A stretch of 62,431 nt of DNA, the filler included, from Hausera hauseri (lineage: Eukaryota): NCBI GenBank assembly GCA_046269625.1. It is 11 parts of 11 records of this genome, joined end to end, with 100 filler letters (N's around TTAATTAATTAA, not from the genome) between each part and the next. Parts side by side here need not be neighbours in the genome. Positions count along the whole stretch, not along the records: positions 56,951 to 62,431 come from JBJURY010245516.1; 10 more parts are not named here. One strand, given 5' to 3'. A program made the position numbers and the translations under genes. A model generated the notes under the pieces. The model was not told the DNA's origin, made no database searches, and saw nothing but the letters and a program-made list of their open reading frames with translations. This document shows, one piece after another, positions 62,056 to 62,431 of the stretch. Position 1 is the stretch's first letter; every line of letters begins with the position of its first letter.

Positions 62056-62431
62056 TTATTTAGTAACAATATAACTTTGACATAATGCTAAACACTTTTC
62101 ATAAGCACAATGGAAACCATGTTCACGATAAATACATGTAATGTTCTTTGGTATAGTTAACAATTTGTTACATTCATATGCACATATTCGCAATTCTTGA
62201 AATATGATATTAAGTATCTTCTTATTTCGTCCATTAGCATGATATTTGACATAGAACATGGATTCATTTATATCACATATTCCCAATATCTAGCATAATG
62301 CAATCTTTACAAAACGGAGTATTATATTCTTCCCAAGTCAGTTTATGATGATGTTGTGTCAAATAAGCATTTGTTGCTTGAGCCTTGTTTATGCAACAAT
62401 GTAGTGTAGGCCTAAAAATAACATAAATCAT
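62056..62431 (-). pseudogene. Degenerate Cys/His-rich Polinton accessory gene (possibly the C-terminal part of a DEDD exonuclease-like protein)
   Basis: IFRP..NAYLTQHHHKLTW..FYVK..C..L..CIYREHGFHCA; convergent with polB and the RING gene. Assignment is from recalled pattern only. Confidence 0.35.

Noticed and set aside
836-62431. Contigs 1, 9 and 11 as one complete Polinton genome
   Set aside because: They are on separate contigs, no TIRs or major capsid gene are visible, and there is no linkage evidence.

Overview
This window is not one locus. It is 11 contigs of animal (eukaryotic) DNA joined by artificial 100-nt N spacers that carry TTAATTAATTAA: 1-6084, 6185-11240, 11341-18697, 18798-22805, 22906-27688, 27789-32455, 32556-37368, 37469-43436, 43537-51723, 51824-56850 and 56951-62431. 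Nearly everything recognisable is a decayed mobile element or endogenous virus. Contig 1 holds a Polinton/Maverick (adintovirus-like) module: packaging ATPase, core-protein-like genes, chromo-integrase and two tandem pentons. It also carries a compact TATA-binding-protein (TBP)-like gene. Contig 11 holds a Polinton-type protein-primed PolB with a RING gene, and contig 9 an adenain remnant. There are several Ty3/Gypsy LTR retrotransposons; in contig 6 a chuvirus/herpes-gB-like glycoprotein lies UPSTREAM of protease-RT, with PTAP and LYPx3L late-domain-like motifs in between. Also present: an inverted Penelope pair with a hammerhead-ribozyme core, RTE/I-group/L2 LINE, Tc1, CACTA and SINE fragments, and a 4.8-kb 45-bp satellite. 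Host pieces are an SPT5 KOW fragment, a teleost-like ANKHD1 fragment and a C-type lectin. Some contigs look internally chimeric, so adjacency claims need read-level confirmation. All homology calls come from motif recognition by eye, not database searches.
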